A stretch of 64,000 nucleotides of DNA from a virus, in the IMG/VR virus record IMGVR_UViG_3300042519_001698. One strand, written 5' to 3'. Under the pieces are notes generated by a model. The model worked only from the letters and a program-made list of their open reading frames with translations, did not search any database and had not been told where the DNA came from. A program made the translations under genes and the position numbers. Below are positions 8,588 to 18,930 of this stretch, in pieces. Position 1 is the first letter of the stretch. Each line of letters begins with the position of its first letter.

Positions 8588-11253
8588 ATTTTGTTTATGA
8601 TGTTTGGGATGAAGAAAACAACGTCCCTAAACCTAATAGGTTAAAGACTTATGATCATCAAGATGATATTGAAGGTATCACTTGGCGCCTTTCTACAAAC
8701 CCAATGAAGGTTTTTGCTGATGTTAAGATTAACAACAGAAGAATTGAGGATGTTGAAAAATATCCTGAGGAAGTTTTTTTCTATCATGTATGGAATATCA
8801 ATTGTTATAATAATAGGTTTTTTGCTGATGGTATTTTACCAGTTGATTTAGACGTTATTGAAAAAGTTAAAAAATATGACAATCTGTTTTTAATAATAAT
8901 GAACGAATGTGAATTTGAAAAAAAACAAGCATTAGAAAGATTGGATAGGATTGTTGAATCTTTAAATCTAAATCCAAAAAAAGTTTGGTTTATACATAAT
9001 GGTGAAAAACTACCTGAACATAAAATTGAATTAAATTCACAGATTAATGTTCACGCAACTCGTTCAATGGCTACCGCATTAAAGATGAATTTGAATATTG
9101 ATTTTGTGGAGGATAAAGAACCTGGTTCGTTTTTTCTATGTATGAATCGTTCCCCAAGAATTCATAGGTATGCAATTTTATGTTTACTAAAAAAATACAA
9201 CATTTTAGATGACACAAATTGGTCGTTAGTGTGTGGTTGGGATTTCAACGATAGAAAATATCTTTTTAAAGAAATCTTTAGTTTAGATGATGTATTAAAT
9301 TTAAATAACGAAATTGCTTATTTTACATCTCTTGAAATTAAAAAAGGTAATTATGAATTAGAGTATGGGGGGTTAGATAATAGAAACGCTCAGGACTTAC
9401 CAAACGAACCTAAGACTTTTGAAAATTCATACTTTAACATAACAACCGAAACTAATTTTATTGGTGACGATATTCATATAACTGAGAAATCTTTTAAACC
9501 ATTTTTCTATTATCAATTCCCTCTTATTTTAGGGTCGTATCATCACATTAAATATTTCAGAAATGCATACCCTGGTTTAGATTTCTTTGATGACATTTTA
9601 GACCACAGTTATGATGATATAGAAAACGATAGAGATAGATTGATGGCGTTTTTTGAACAGGTTAAAAATATAAATAACAATAAAGATTATTATATTAATT
9701 TTTATAAATCAAATAAAGAAAGATTTATAAAAAATCAAGAATATTTGACTAATTACACAAATCAATATGACCACGATTTTTTCCTTAAACTAAGTCAAAC
9801 AAAAGTTCCATCAAATGTTTATTTGAATTTAGTATACGACACATGGGATGAGGAGAAACAAGAACCTATTCAAATGAATTGTAGAGATATTTTTTATGAA
9901 AGCTTTTTACAAGAAAGGGATTCTTTTGTCAGGTCTTTGGGTTTTCCAGAACAATATATTAGGAGATTTCCTTTACGTGATGTGGACAACCATCCAAATA
10001 AAAAGTTTTACTTTTTTATAACTCACACCCCAGGTCAAACTTTTATAAGAATTTCAGAAAACAATTCACCAATGTCGCAAGAGGTTATTGATTGTCTGAA
10101 AAGAAATCCAAATTTTTATGTAATATTTGGTAATGAACAAGAGTATGAACATTATCATTCATTTAAAGCATTACATTATTGGTTAAAGTTAAATGGGATA
10201 AATGGGAAACAAATTTATATGGTAAACAATAATATTGATTTACCAAGTTATAAAGAAAAATTAAACAGTGATATAAATGTTTTTGCAACCTCTAAAGTAA
10301 GTACACATATCTACATAGCAATGACTCATTGTATGCCCAATTTAAGGTACAAAGAAGATAAGGTTGGTAAAATGTTTGTATGTCATAATAGAAGAGTTAG
10401 ACCACATAGATACGGATTGTTGGCACTATTAAAAAAAGAAGGTATTTTAGATGATGTTGATTGGTCATTAGTTAGTGGATATGAAGCATTCAATTTTGAA
10501 ATAGTAAATTGGTATAGGGATATTTTTGATGTTTGGGATTTAAAAGAATTACTACCAGAAATTCAATATCTTCATAGTGTTGACATGAAAAAATGTATGT
10601 ATGAAGAAGATAAGGATTGGTTTGATAATAGAGAAAATCCTGATGGTGTTTATTGGGGGGACACATATACTGAACCAACTTATATGGAATCGTATTTTAA
10701 TATTGTAACCGAATCTGAATATAGTTCTAACACAATACACATTTCGGAAAAATCATTTAAACCTTTCGTAACTTATCAATTTCCTTTAATATTAGCATCA
10801 CCAAAACATATTAAAGCGGTTAGAAAAAGATATGGGTTTGATTTCTTTGATGATGTGATTGATCACAGTTATGATTTAGAACTAAACCATTCTGACAGGT
10901 TAGTTAAATTTGTTAAAGAGATAAAAAGAATACATGAAAATAAAGATTTCTTTATTGAGTTTTATAAAAACAACAAAGAAAGATTTATTAAAAATAATTT
11001 ATTGGCAAAAAAATTAACTCATGATACTGCTGATAAGGATTTTGTTAAAAAATTATCAGGTCTTTATGATTACGAATTTCAAACTGGTGTTAGAAGGGTA
11101 AATGAAGATTTTGAAGATGATTTTTATGAAAAACAATTACGAAGACATGAAGAAATGAAACTTGAACCCATAAACAAGGAAGAGGTTGAAAATAAAAAAT
11201 TAATTGAGGATATATTAGAAAAAACTATCCCTATAAAAAGAAATTTAATTTAA
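8572..11253 (+). CDS. Tandem two-domain putative glycosyltransferase (GT-B-like, ITEKSFKP motif)
   Basis: Two homologous ~400-aa halves (LNFVYDVWDEE/LNLVYDTWDEE; NRSPRIHR/NRRVRPHR; YFNITTE..ITEKSFKPF/YFNIVTE..ISEKSFKPF). Start moved from 8548 to the ATG at 8572 to reduce overlap. Confidence 0.6.
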   Translation: MDCILNFVYDVWDEENNVPKPNRLKTYDHQDDIEGITWRLSTNPMKVFADVKINNRRIEDVEKYPEEVFFYHVWNINCYNNRFFADGILPVDLDVIEKVKKYDNLFLIIMNECEFEKKQALERLDRIVESLNLNPKKVWFIHNGEKLPEHKIELNSQINVHATRSMATALKMNLNIDFVEDKEPGSFFLCMNRSPRIHRYAILCLLKKYNILDDTNWSLVCGWDFNDRKYLFKEIFSLDDVLNLNNEIAYFTSLEIKKGNYELEYGGLDNRNAQDLPNEPKTFENSYFNITTETNFIGDDIHITEKSFKPFFYYQFPLILGSYHHIKYFRNAYPGLDFFDDILDHSYDDIENDRDRLMAFFEQVKNINNNKDYYINFYKSNKERFIKNQEYLTNYTNQYDHDFFLKLSQTKVPSNVYLNLVYDTWDEEKQEPIQMNCRDIFYESFLQERDSFVRSLGFPEQYIRRFPLRDVDNHPNKKFYFFITHTPGQTFIRISENNSPMSQEVIDCLKRNPNFYVIFGNEQEYEHYHSFKALHYWLKLNGINGKQIYMVNNNIDLPSYKEKLNSDINVFATSKVSTHIYIAMTHCMPNLRYKEDKVGKMFVCHNRRVRPHRYGLLALLKKEGILDDVDWSLVSGYEAFNFEIVNWYRDIFDVWDLKELLPEIQYLHSVDMKKCMYEEDKDWFDNRENPDGVYWGDTYTEPTYMESYFNIVTESEYSSNTIHISEKSFKPFVTYQFPLILASPKHIKAVRKRYGFDFFDDVIDHSYDLELNHSDRLVKFVKEIKRIHENKDFFIEFYKNNKERFIKNNLLAKKLTHDTADKDFVKKLSGLYDYEFQTGVRRVNEDFEDDFYEKQLRRHEEMKLEPINKEEVENKKLIEDILEKTIPIKRNLI

Positions 11254-12186
11254 ATGAAAAAAGCATTAATAACAGGTTGTAGTGGTTTAGTCGGTACCCA
11301 CTTAATAAAAAAATGTATTGACTTGGGTTACGATGTTGTCGGTACCGATTTATATAGAAACGAATTTCTACCTATGGATGGGTGGCGTTTTATTAAAAAG
11401 GATTTAACCTCACCAAATAGTGTTGAGGATTTATTTTCTAATAACACATTTGATGTTGTGTTTAATACATTTGGTGTTAAAGGTTCTCCTATGAGGGCTA
11501 AAACTAAACCTGTGGATTTCCTTTATCCTTCGTTTAAAATTAACACTGAAATCATCAATCAATGTGCAATGTCTAATACATGGTTGGTATTTGTAAGTTC
11601 AGTCGGTGTATATGCACCAGCTGAAAAATTTGTAGAAAATAGTGTATGGGAAACTCTGCCAGGTCAAGCTGATTGGTTCCCTTCTTGGAGTAAAAGAATG
11701 GGTGAATTATTGTTAGAGGCTTATGGTGTACAATATGGTTATAAGAAATGGTCGATTGTTAGACCAGCTAACATATTTGGTGAGTATGATGATTTTAGTG
11801 GAAATGGTACTGTGATTGCTTCAACAATTAAAAAGGTTGTTGATTCAAATGGTGAGATTGAGGCGTGGGGTGATGGTTCACCTATTCGTGATTTTGTTTA
11901 TGCAGGTGATGTTGCAAATGGATTGATAAAAATTTATCAAGATGAAGTCAACGATGTAGTCAATTTGGGTTCGGGTATTGAAATTACCATTAAAGAAATC
12001 GTTAATAAAATAATAGAAATTAGTGGAAAAGAAATCAATGTAAAATGGGATTCCTCAAAACCAAACGGAGATTTAAAAAGACTAATGGATACAACAAAAC
12101 AAATAAAATATGGTGTTTTACCTGAAATACCATTCGAACAAGCTTTAAAAAATGTATATGAATTCTACACCAATACAACCAAGTGA
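11254..12186 (+). CDS. NAD-dependent epimerase/dehydratase, GDP-L-fucose-synthase-like
   Basis: ITGCSGLVG, RPANIFG, WGDGSPIRDFVYAGD, NLGSG, KPNG. The catalytic Tyr position appears to be Trp (SWSKR). Confidence 0.85.
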   Translation: MKKALITGCSGLVGTHLIKKCIDLGYDVVGTDLYRNEFLPMDGWRFIKKDLTSPNSVEDLFSNNTFDVVFNTFGVKGSPMRAKTKPVDFLYPSFKINTEIINQCAMSNTWLVFVSSVGVYAPAEKFVENSVWETLPGQADWFPSWSKRMGELLLEAYGVQYGYKKWSIVRPANIFGEYDDFSGNGTVIASTIKKVVDSNGEIEAWGDGSPIRDFVYAGDVANGLIKIYQDEVNDVVNLGSGIEITIKEIVNKIIEISGKEINVKWDSSKPNGDLKRLMDTTKQIKYGVLPEIPFEQALKNVYEFYTNTTK

Positions 12187-12883
12187 TTTTTTAGATGAAG
12201 GTGCCTATGTAGGTAACATAATGGATTTTATTAATGATGACGAATACAATGAAATGTTATCGGTAATTGAAAAGGTAAAAGAATTTTCTGTAGTAAATAG
12301 AGATACGGAATTACATTGTCGTTATATGATTAATGGTGAGGGAAACACCTACGAACATAAAATACCTTTAAAAGAGGTGGAATCAAGAGATTCATATGTG
12401 AAAGATAATAATTTAGTTGCCTTTCAAAAATGGTTTGAATATGTGATTAATCAAAAACCTAATGAAAAGAACTATCATAGTTTTTTTGGTGAAACCAGTA
12501 AAAAAATTCTAAACCACTTTTATCCCAATTACGAAATTAATTATGGTTCAAGTGGTTCATTTACATTGTATGAAGATGGACATTTTATTCAAGACCATAA
12601 AGATGGGAATAATCCTGGTCGGGTGTGTGTAATAATTATCTACCTTTCTTCAGAATCGGAATATAATAATGATGGTGGTGGGGAATTAGTTATTAAAACT
12701 AATTCAGATAAAGAATACACAATTAAACCAATTTTAGGTACATTTAGTTTATTAGATTTTTCTGAAAGTGACATTTATCATGAGGTAAACATGGTTAAAA
12801 ATGGTTTTAAAAGATATGCGTTTATTAACTTTTTTAACCTTAAACAAGGTGAAGAATTTAAACAAAGAAATAAAAATATATAA
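12152..12883 (+). CDS. 2OG-Fe(II) oxygenase
   Basis: DHKDG (HxD), GRVCVIIIYL, GGGELVI, YHEVNMV..KRYAFINF. Confidence 0.8.
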   Translation: MYMNSTPIQPSDFLDEGAYVGNIMDFINDDEYNEMLSVIEKVKEFSVVNRDTELHCRYMINGEGNTYEHKIPLKEVESRDSYVKDNNLVAFQKWFEYVINQKPNEKNYHSFFGETSKKILNHFYPNYEINYGSSGSFTLYEDGHFIQDHKDGNNPGRVCVIIIYLSSESEYNNDGGGELVIKTNSDKEYTIKPILGTFSLLDFSESDIYHEVNMVKNGFKRYAFINFFNLKQGEEFKQRNKNI

Positions 12884-12901
12884 GAAATAAATTTAAAAAA
12901 A

Positions 12902-13876
12902 ATGAACAAAGACATTAAAATTTTAATTACCGGCGGTTCGGGATTAGTGGGTCAAAATTTAACCGAAAAATTAATCAAAGAAGGTTATACTAATTTAAGG
13001 GTAAATCTACATGTAAGAGGTGTTAGAACTGAATACGATGGGGTTGAATATACTCATCACGATTTACAAACATATCAAGGATGTAGAGAGGCAACTGAAG
13101 GTGTGAATGTAGTATTTCACGCAGCAGCTTCAACATCAAATGCTGTTGATACTGTTGTTGACCCATTAGCCCATGTTACACCTAATGTTGCAATGAATAA
13201 TTTTTTAATTGATACATCGTGGAGAAGTGGTGTTGAACATTATATATTTATATCATCAAACACTGTATATCCACCAAAAGGTGATGAACCAGTTGTTGAA
13301 ACTGATTTCTTATTTGATGAACCTTATCCTGTTTATTTCCCTGTTGGTTGGATGAAACGTTATGCTGAGGTTCAATGTGAACTCTATGCAAAATACTTAC
13401 CACGAAAAATGAAGTGTACGGTTATTAGACCTGCTAATTTGTTTGGTCCTCACGATAAGTATGATTTTAATAAATGTCACGTAACTCCAGCAACAATTCG
13501 TAAAGTTGCAGATAAAATGGACCCGATACCTGTTTGGGGTGATGGTAGTGAATTAAGAGATTTATTATACGTTAGTGATTTTGTGGACGCTTTACAAATT
13601 ATCATGGAAAACGAGAAAGAAATGTTTGAAGTGTACAATGTTGGTTCAAATAAAGTATATTCGGTGTTGGAAGTTTTAGATTTGATGAAGACAATTGCAC
13701 AACACAATGCACCAATTGAATTTATTAGTGGTAAACCTTCTATGATACCAACAAGAAAAATCGATTCAAATAAAATTAAAGAGAAGTTAGGTTGGGAAGC
13801 TAAAACATCACTTACCGACGGGTTATCTTTAGCTTACAATTGGTATAACGATAACAAGGACGAATTTAATAAATAA
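12902..13876 (+). CDS. NAD-dependent epimerase/reductase, GDP-L-fucose-synthase-like
   Basis: ITGGSGLVG, HAAA, GWMKRYAE, RPANLFGPHD, VWGDGSELRDLLYVSD, YNVGS. Confidence 0.85.
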   Translation: MNKDIKILITGGSGLVGQNLTEKLIKEGYTNLRVNLHVRGVRTEYDGVEYTHHDLQTYQGCREATEGVNVVFHAAASTSNAVDTVVDPLAHVTPNVAMNNFLIDTSWRSGVEHYIFISSNTVYPPKGDEPVVETDFLFDEPYPVYFPVGWMKRYAEVQCELYAKYLPRKMKCTVIRPANLFGPHDKYDFNKCHVTPATIRKVADKMDPIPVWGDGSELRDLLYVSDFVDALQIIMENEKEMFEVYNVGSNKVYSVLEVLDLMKTIAQHNAPIEFISGKPSMIPTRKIDSNKIKEKLGWEAKTSLTDGLSLAYNWYNDNKDEFNK

Positions 13877-13878
13877 AA

Positions 13879-14583
13879 ATGACATTAGAAGAAATTAGAA
13901 ATTCGGGACTTCATTCAAATTATAGTGTTACACTAGATAATGGTATTGTTATAAATTATCCAAGTACATTAGATGGGGGTGGGACTGAACTAATTGAGAG
14001 TTATAGAAAAATATTCAAAATATTAGATAAAAAATATAAAAACACATACGAATGGTGTGCGGGGTTTGGTATTCTTGGTTTTGAAATATTAGGTAATGGA
14101 ATTAGTGAAAACATATATTTTAGTGACATCTACCAACCCGCTATTGAAAATTGCTTAGAAACGGCAATCAACAATAATATCTCTGATAACGTTTTTGGGT
14201 ATATTAGTGATAATGTGAAAGATTTACCAATTAATAATCTATTTGATTTAGTAGTTGCCAATCCACCAAACAATTTTAGTTTATCTGGTTGGAAAGAATC
14301 CAAGATTAAAAATACAGAATATACATCATGGGAACAATATCCTAAATGGGATGATGATGTGAGAATTGGTTGTGATGATGGTTATAAAATACATATCGAA
14401 TTTTTTGATAACATTGCAAATAAAATGATTCAAGGTGGTGATATATTATTACTAATAGTTAATGGTCATGTGGAAGAAAATTTTATAGTTTCGTTAGCCG
14501 AAAAAAATGGGTTTGAGTTTATTACAAATTATACAACCTCAGCCAGTTTTGGTGGTGAAATTTTTCATTTTAAATTAAAATAA
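13879..14583 (+). CDS. Class I SAM-dependent methyltransferase
   Basis: EWCAGFGILG motif I, FSDI motif II, DLVVANPP motif IV. Confidence 0.8.
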   Translation: MTLEEIRNSGLHSNYSVTLDNGIVINYPSTLDGGGTELIESYRKIFKILDKKYKNTYEWCAGFGILGFEILGNGISENIYFSDIYQPAIENCLETAINNNISDNVFGYISDNVKDLPINNLFDLVVANPPNNFSLSGWKESKIKNTEYTSWEQYPKWDDDVRIGCDDGYKIHIEFFDNIANKMIQGGDILLLIVNGHVEENFIVSLAEKNGFEFITNYTTSASFGGEIFHFKLK

Positions 14584-14584
14584 C

Positions 14585-15721
14585 ATGTGGGTAGAATCAC
14601 AAAAATATCATTTACATATTGAGTTAACTTCTAAGTGTAATTCAGCATGTCCGAATTGTCCTAGATTTGTTATGGGTTCTACAAAATTAAACCCCTCTGT
14701 TACGTTGAGTGAGTTAAAATTAAATGACATTAAAAAATGGTTTAATTATGATTTCATTCAAAAAATCGGTAGTATAAATTTTTGTGGTAACTTAGGTGAC
14801 CCAACTAATTGTATTGAGATGAATGAAATTGTTGAATATTTCTATGTTAACAATGAAAATATAAAAATTGAAATTCATACCAACGGTGGTGCAAGAAATG
14901 TTGACTTTTGGAAAAAATTAGGTAAATTATCAAAGAAGGCGAAAGACAATATCTTAGTTATTTTTAGTGTTGATGGGTTGGAGGAAACAAATCACATTTA
15001 TAGAAGAAATGTTAAGTGGGAAAAATTAGTTGAAAACATTACAACATACACCAAAAATGGTGGGTATGCGATATGGGAATTTTTATTATTTGGTCACAAT
15101 GAAGACGAAATATATTTGGCAAAATATAAATCTAAAGAATATGGGTTTAGGTCTATAAGATTTAAAAGAGCCGCAGGATTTGAAGACTACTTAAATAATA
15201 GAACGATACCCATGGGTGTTTATGATAAAGAAGGTACATTAGAATATTTAATCGAACCATCCAAAGATTACCCAAATTCAACTATGGTTTATGATGGAAA
15301 CCCTAAAATAATACCAGAGAAAGTTAATTTGGACATTTACAATTTTAAATACAATGGGTTAGATTACAAAGAATATTCAACTTTTAAAGATTATAAGATA
15401 AAATGTAAATCATTAAAACCTAATGGTGAAATTGAAATATTCTTAAGTTATAGAGGTGAAATAAGACCTTGTTGTTTTATTGGGGTTGATTTAGATAAAC
15501 ATTCTTTAGGTGGATATAATACACAATTAAAAGAAATATTTAATTATGATTGTAATTTAAACACCAATAGTTTAGATAATATTTTAGATTTTTTTGATAA
15601 AAAAGTTAAAGATAAATGGGATGATACATTTGAAAATGGTAAGTGTATTAAATGTAGTATGATGTGTGGAGCATCATCACAAATTGATCATTCAAGATTA
15701 TATGAAAATATTGAAATATAA
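14585..15721 (+). CDS. Radical SAM protein with C-terminal SPASM/twitch domain
   Basis: CNSACPNC (CxxxCxxC), GNLGDP, HTNG, SVDG; C-terminal KCK...RPCC...CIKCSMMC. Confidence 0.9.
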   Translation: MWVESQKYHLHIELTSKCNSACPNCPRFVMGSTKLNPSVTLSELKLNDIKKWFNYDFIQKIGSINFCGNLGDPTNCIEMNEIVEYFYVNNENIKIEIHTNGGARNVDFWKKLGKLSKKAKDNILVIFSVDGLEETNHIYRRNVKWEKLVENITTYTKNGGYAIWEFLLFGHNEDEIYLAKYKSKEYGFRSIRFKRAAGFEDYLNNRTIPMGVYDKEGTLEYLIEPSKDYPNSTMVYDGNPKIIPEKVNLDIYNFKYNGLDYKEYSTFKDYKIKCKSLKPNGEIEIFLSYRGEIRPCCFIGVDLDKHSLGGYNTQLKEIFNYDCNLNTNSLDNILDFFDKKVKDKWDDTFENGKCIKCSMMCGASSQIDHSRLYENIEI

Positions 15722-15723
15722 AT

Positions 15724-16716
15724 ATGAAAACAAAATCAGATAAGGTTTACAAAGGAATGGTATTTGCTGGCTGTTCTTTCACGTGGGGACAAGGATTATA
15801 TTATTACTCAAATCTACCAACATTAAAGGAACCACCGCCAGACGCCTATAATTCAAATTTAGTAACCGATTCACACAATTCGTTTAGAAAGACATTATAC
15901 TATCCGAGATTAGTTGCTAATCACTTTGATACTTTTGAAGTTTCGATGATACAAAACGGTGGTTCTGAACAAACATCTCTTGATTACTTAAGATGTGTAC
16001 ATGGTTTATCAGAACCTAATACCGGATTTTACACCTTTAAACATTCGTTTGATGAGGTTGAATATGTGGTATTTCAAACATCCCAACCTCAAAGAAATAC
16101 ACATTACTACGTTTACCAATCACCATATGATGGAAATGAATATGAATTATTAGAGTTTAGAACATATTCAAATGACACTCATGATAAATTTTACAAATAT
16201 CTTGCACATCAGAAAAAATGTACTTTTGATCAATGGTATGATGAACATATGAAAAGATGGATTGGTATTTTAAAACAAAATTTACAATTTTACGAATCTA
16301 AAGGTATTAAAACTATTATATTGAATTGGGAATCCGAATATCTACCTTTAATTCAAAATGATGAATGGTTATCAAAAAGAAGTATTGGTTTTGATTTTAA
16401 TGGTAAAAAATATAGTTGTATTAGAGAATTAATGAATGAAAATAGATTCTTACACATTAATAGTGATGATGAATATTTTGATGATACCCCTAAAGACCAC
16501 CACCCATCAAAACAATGTCACAGAATAATCGCAGATAATATAATTAAAAAAATAGAATCTAACGATGTTGATTACGGTGATATGTTAGGTAAAAACATTG
16601 AATATGTGGATTATGATAAAATTGTTGACAACGTGTATGAAGACCGTGTTACATTTAACCCTAAAACTAAAAAAATAGAAAAAAAAACAAATAATGGTAC
16701 AAACAACCTCATATAA
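15724..16716 (+). CDS. SGNH/GDSL-like protein
   Basis: VFAGCSFTWGQG, NGGSE, DHHPSKQCHRIIA. Confidence 0.7.
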   Translation: MKTKSDKVYKGMVFAGCSFTWGQGLYYYSNLPTLKEPPPDAYNSNLVTDSHNSFRKTLYYPRLVANHFDTFEVSMIQNGGSEQTSLDYLRCVHGLSEPNTGFYTFKHSFDEVEYVVFQTSQPQRNTHYYVYQSPYDGNEYELLEFRTYSNDTHDKFYKYLAHQKKCTFDQWYDEHMKRWIGILKQNLQFYESKGIKTIILNWESEYLPLIQNDEWLSKRSIGFDFNGKKYSCIRELMNENRFLHINSDDEYFDDTPKDHHPSKQCHRIIADNIIKKIESNDVDYGDMLGKNIEYVDYDKIVDNVYEDRVTFNPKTKKIEKKTNNGTNNLI

Positions 16717-17233
16717 AGACGCACTAACTAATTCGATGACATATCTTGGTCAACAACCTGATACTGTCTTTATTGGTCAACAAATCATTTGGCACGGTAA
16801 TCCAATGAGTACAACCATTGGTGAAATTCCTAAAGATAAATTAATAGAAGTTCCTGTAATGGAAGAATCCCAAATGGGTATGTCATTAGGTATGGCAATG
16901 GCTGGACAATTTGTAGTTACATTTTATCCAAGATGGGATTTTTTAATATGTGCAACTAATCAATTGGTTAATCACGTAGATAAAATCAAATTAATGAGTC
17001 AAGGTAAATGGCAACCTAACATGATTATTCGTTTAGGTAAAGGTTCAGATAAACCATTAGACCCTGGACATCAACACAGAGGTAATTATTTAGAAGAATT
17101 TAAATCTCTATGTCCTAATATTCAATTTCATGATTTATTGAAATATGATAACGTAGAAACAATATATAAAAATGCATATAGTGAAGGTGGTATTCATGTA
17201 ATTGTCGAATACCCTGAATTATATTACGTATAA
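16694..17233 (+). CDS. TPP-dependent enzyme, E1-beta/transketolase pyrimidine-binding subunit (compact)
   Basis: SYKDAL, VFIGQ, EVPVMEESQMGMSLGMAM, NQLVNH, GHQH; lacks the C-terminal domain. Confidence 0.85.
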   Translation: MVQTTSYKDALTNSMTYLGQQPDTVFIGQQIIWHGNPMSTTIGEIPKDKLIEVPVMEESQMGMSLGMAMAGQFVVTFYPRWDFLICATNQLVNHVDKIKLMSQGKWQPNMIIRLGKGSDKPLDPGHQHRGNYLEEFKSLCPNIQFHDLLKYDNVETIYKNAYSEGGIHVIVEYPELYYV

Positions 17234-17242
17234 AAATTAATT

Positions 17243-18130
17243 ATGATAAAACATTTAATTACAGGAGGTTGTAGTTTTAGTCATTCAGGAGCATCAAATG
17301 AAACTTGGTTAGGTTCGTTAGTTGATTGGATGAAAGAAAAAAATTCCGAATTGACTTTTGAACATACGGGTTACTCAAGTAGTGGTCAAGATTTAATTCA
17401 AAAAAAGGTAATGTTGGCAGTATCGGAGGCGTTAGAATCCGGTTTAAATTCAGAGGAAATTTTAGTGGTGGTAATGTGGAGTGGTACATTTCGTAAAGCA
17501 TGGTATATTGATAATCCATATATCATGAAAGAAATGACTAACGAATGGTTAAAATTTTATGGTGGAATGACAAGTCAATTTTTGGATTTAAAAAATAAAG
17601 TAGGTGATAATCCTGAATATTTTTATACCAAAAACGGTAGTAAATTTGAATATAATGCAAATGGGGGTTGGTACTTTACCGTAAATGGTAGTGATTGTAA
17701 ACTGGACTTTGTTCAGACACACTATCTTTTAGATGGCGATATGTATAATGGGATTGGTAAGATACATTCAAGTATAGAAAACATAGTGATGCTTCAAAAT
17801 TATTGTAAATTAAAAAACGTTAAGTTAATTAATCAATTTTTTATGGACCATGTTTTTGAAGACATTGAAAAAAATAAAGAACATCAATTAATAAACTACC
17901 TATATAAACAATTAGATTTTGATAATATGATTATAGAAGGTATGTTTGAATATCTTCACACCTTATTGGGACTTGAGAGAAAAGAATCTATTAGTGTTAC
18001 ACATGAAGGTAGATTGGAAATGGATAAGGACACCAAATATTTTAATAAAGATGGGTTCCACCCAAGTAGGTTAGGTGCAGATTTATGGTGTCAAAATAAT
18101 CTATTTCCATTTTTAAACAACAAAATTTAA
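17243..18130 (+). CDS. SGNH/GDSL-like protein
   Basis: LITGGCSFSH, SSGQD, DGFHPSRLG. Confidence 0.7.
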   Translation: MIKHLITGGCSFSHSGASNETWLGSLVDWMKEKNSELTFEHTGYSSSGQDLIQKKVMLAVSEALESGLNSEEILVVVMWSGTFRKAWYIDNPYIMKEMTNEWLKFYGGMTSQFLDLKNKVGDNPEYFYTKNGSKFEYNANGGWYFTVNGSDCKLDFVQTHYLLDGDMYNGIGKIHSSIENIVMLQNYCKLKNVKLINQFFMDHVFEDIEKNKEHQLINYLYKQLDFDNMIIEGMFEYLHTLLGLERKESISVTHEGRLEMDKDTKYFNKDGFHPSRLGADLWCQNNLFPFLNNKI

Positions 18131-18930
18131 TGACTAAAAAAAGATTCTTTTCATTTGGTTGTAGTTTTACAAAAGATTGGAACTGTCCTACTTGGGCCGA
18201 TTTAATTGGCATTCAATTTGATGAATATTACAATTTGGCAATGCCAGGTTCATCAAACACATTGATAATGCAAAGATTTATTGAAAGTGACGTTTTTTAT
18301 AATTTCAATAAGGATACTGATGTAGTGATGATTGGTATAAGTGGTATGGGTAGAGTGAGTTTTCCTATAACAAAATATAATGATTGTATTAACATAGATG
18401 AAGATTGTATATATAGTAGAGGAGACATTGAATTATATGAACCGAGTAGATTTGACACACCAGAATTAATTGAAACTATTAATTTTTTCAAGAAACACAA
18501 TAAAAAATCATATTCTATTTTTGATTCATTTATCTCAATTAAAATAATTAAAGATTTATTAACTGCAAAGGGGATTGAACATAAAATCATTTCATCTTTA
18601 GATTATAAACACTATATTAACGATGCTGAAGTTTATGGTATTAATGATCAGTTAAAATCATATCTTATTAACATACAAAATATGTTAGATGTAAAAGAAT
18701 CCATAAACGAGTTTGATAATTTTTCCTTTCACCACCCAACACCAAAAACATATTATTCTTTTTTAGAAAAATACTTACCTGAATATCTCAGTGAAAAATC
18801 TTTAGAGTTATTAAATACAGATTTTAATGGTGATTTTAATAAATGGATTATAAAAAAATATCCTGATTATCAAATGCTGAATGAATTTGACCATAAAGAA
18901 CATCCGACTTTTTGTTTTGGGTATTTCTAA
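18130..18930 (+). CDS. SGNH/GDSL-like protein
   Basis: FSFGCSFT, WADL, NLAMPGSSN, HHPTP. Confidence 0.7.
   Translation: MTKKRFFSFGCSFTKDWNCPTWADLIGIQFDEYYNLAMPGSSNTLIMQRFIESDVFYNFNKDTDVVMIGISGMGRVSFPITKYNDCINIDEDCIYSRGDIELYEPSRFDTPELIETINFFKKHNKKSYSIFDSFISIKIIKDLLTAKGIEHKIISSLDYKHYINDAEVYGINDQLKSYLINIQNMLDVKESINEFDNFSFHHPTPKTYYSFLEKYLPEYLSEKSLELLNTDFNGDFNKWIIKKYPDYQMLNEFDHKEHPTFCFGYF

Noticed and set aside
7955-17233. TPP alpha/beta genes as an auxiliary metabolic pyruvate dehydrogenase
   Set aside because: Both are truncated, there is no E2/E3, and they sit among NDP-sugar enzymes.
4742-18930. Plus-strand block as a site-specific invertible segment
   Set aside because: No inverted repeats found at the ends; the right junction is a stop-codon overlap; no recombinase visible.
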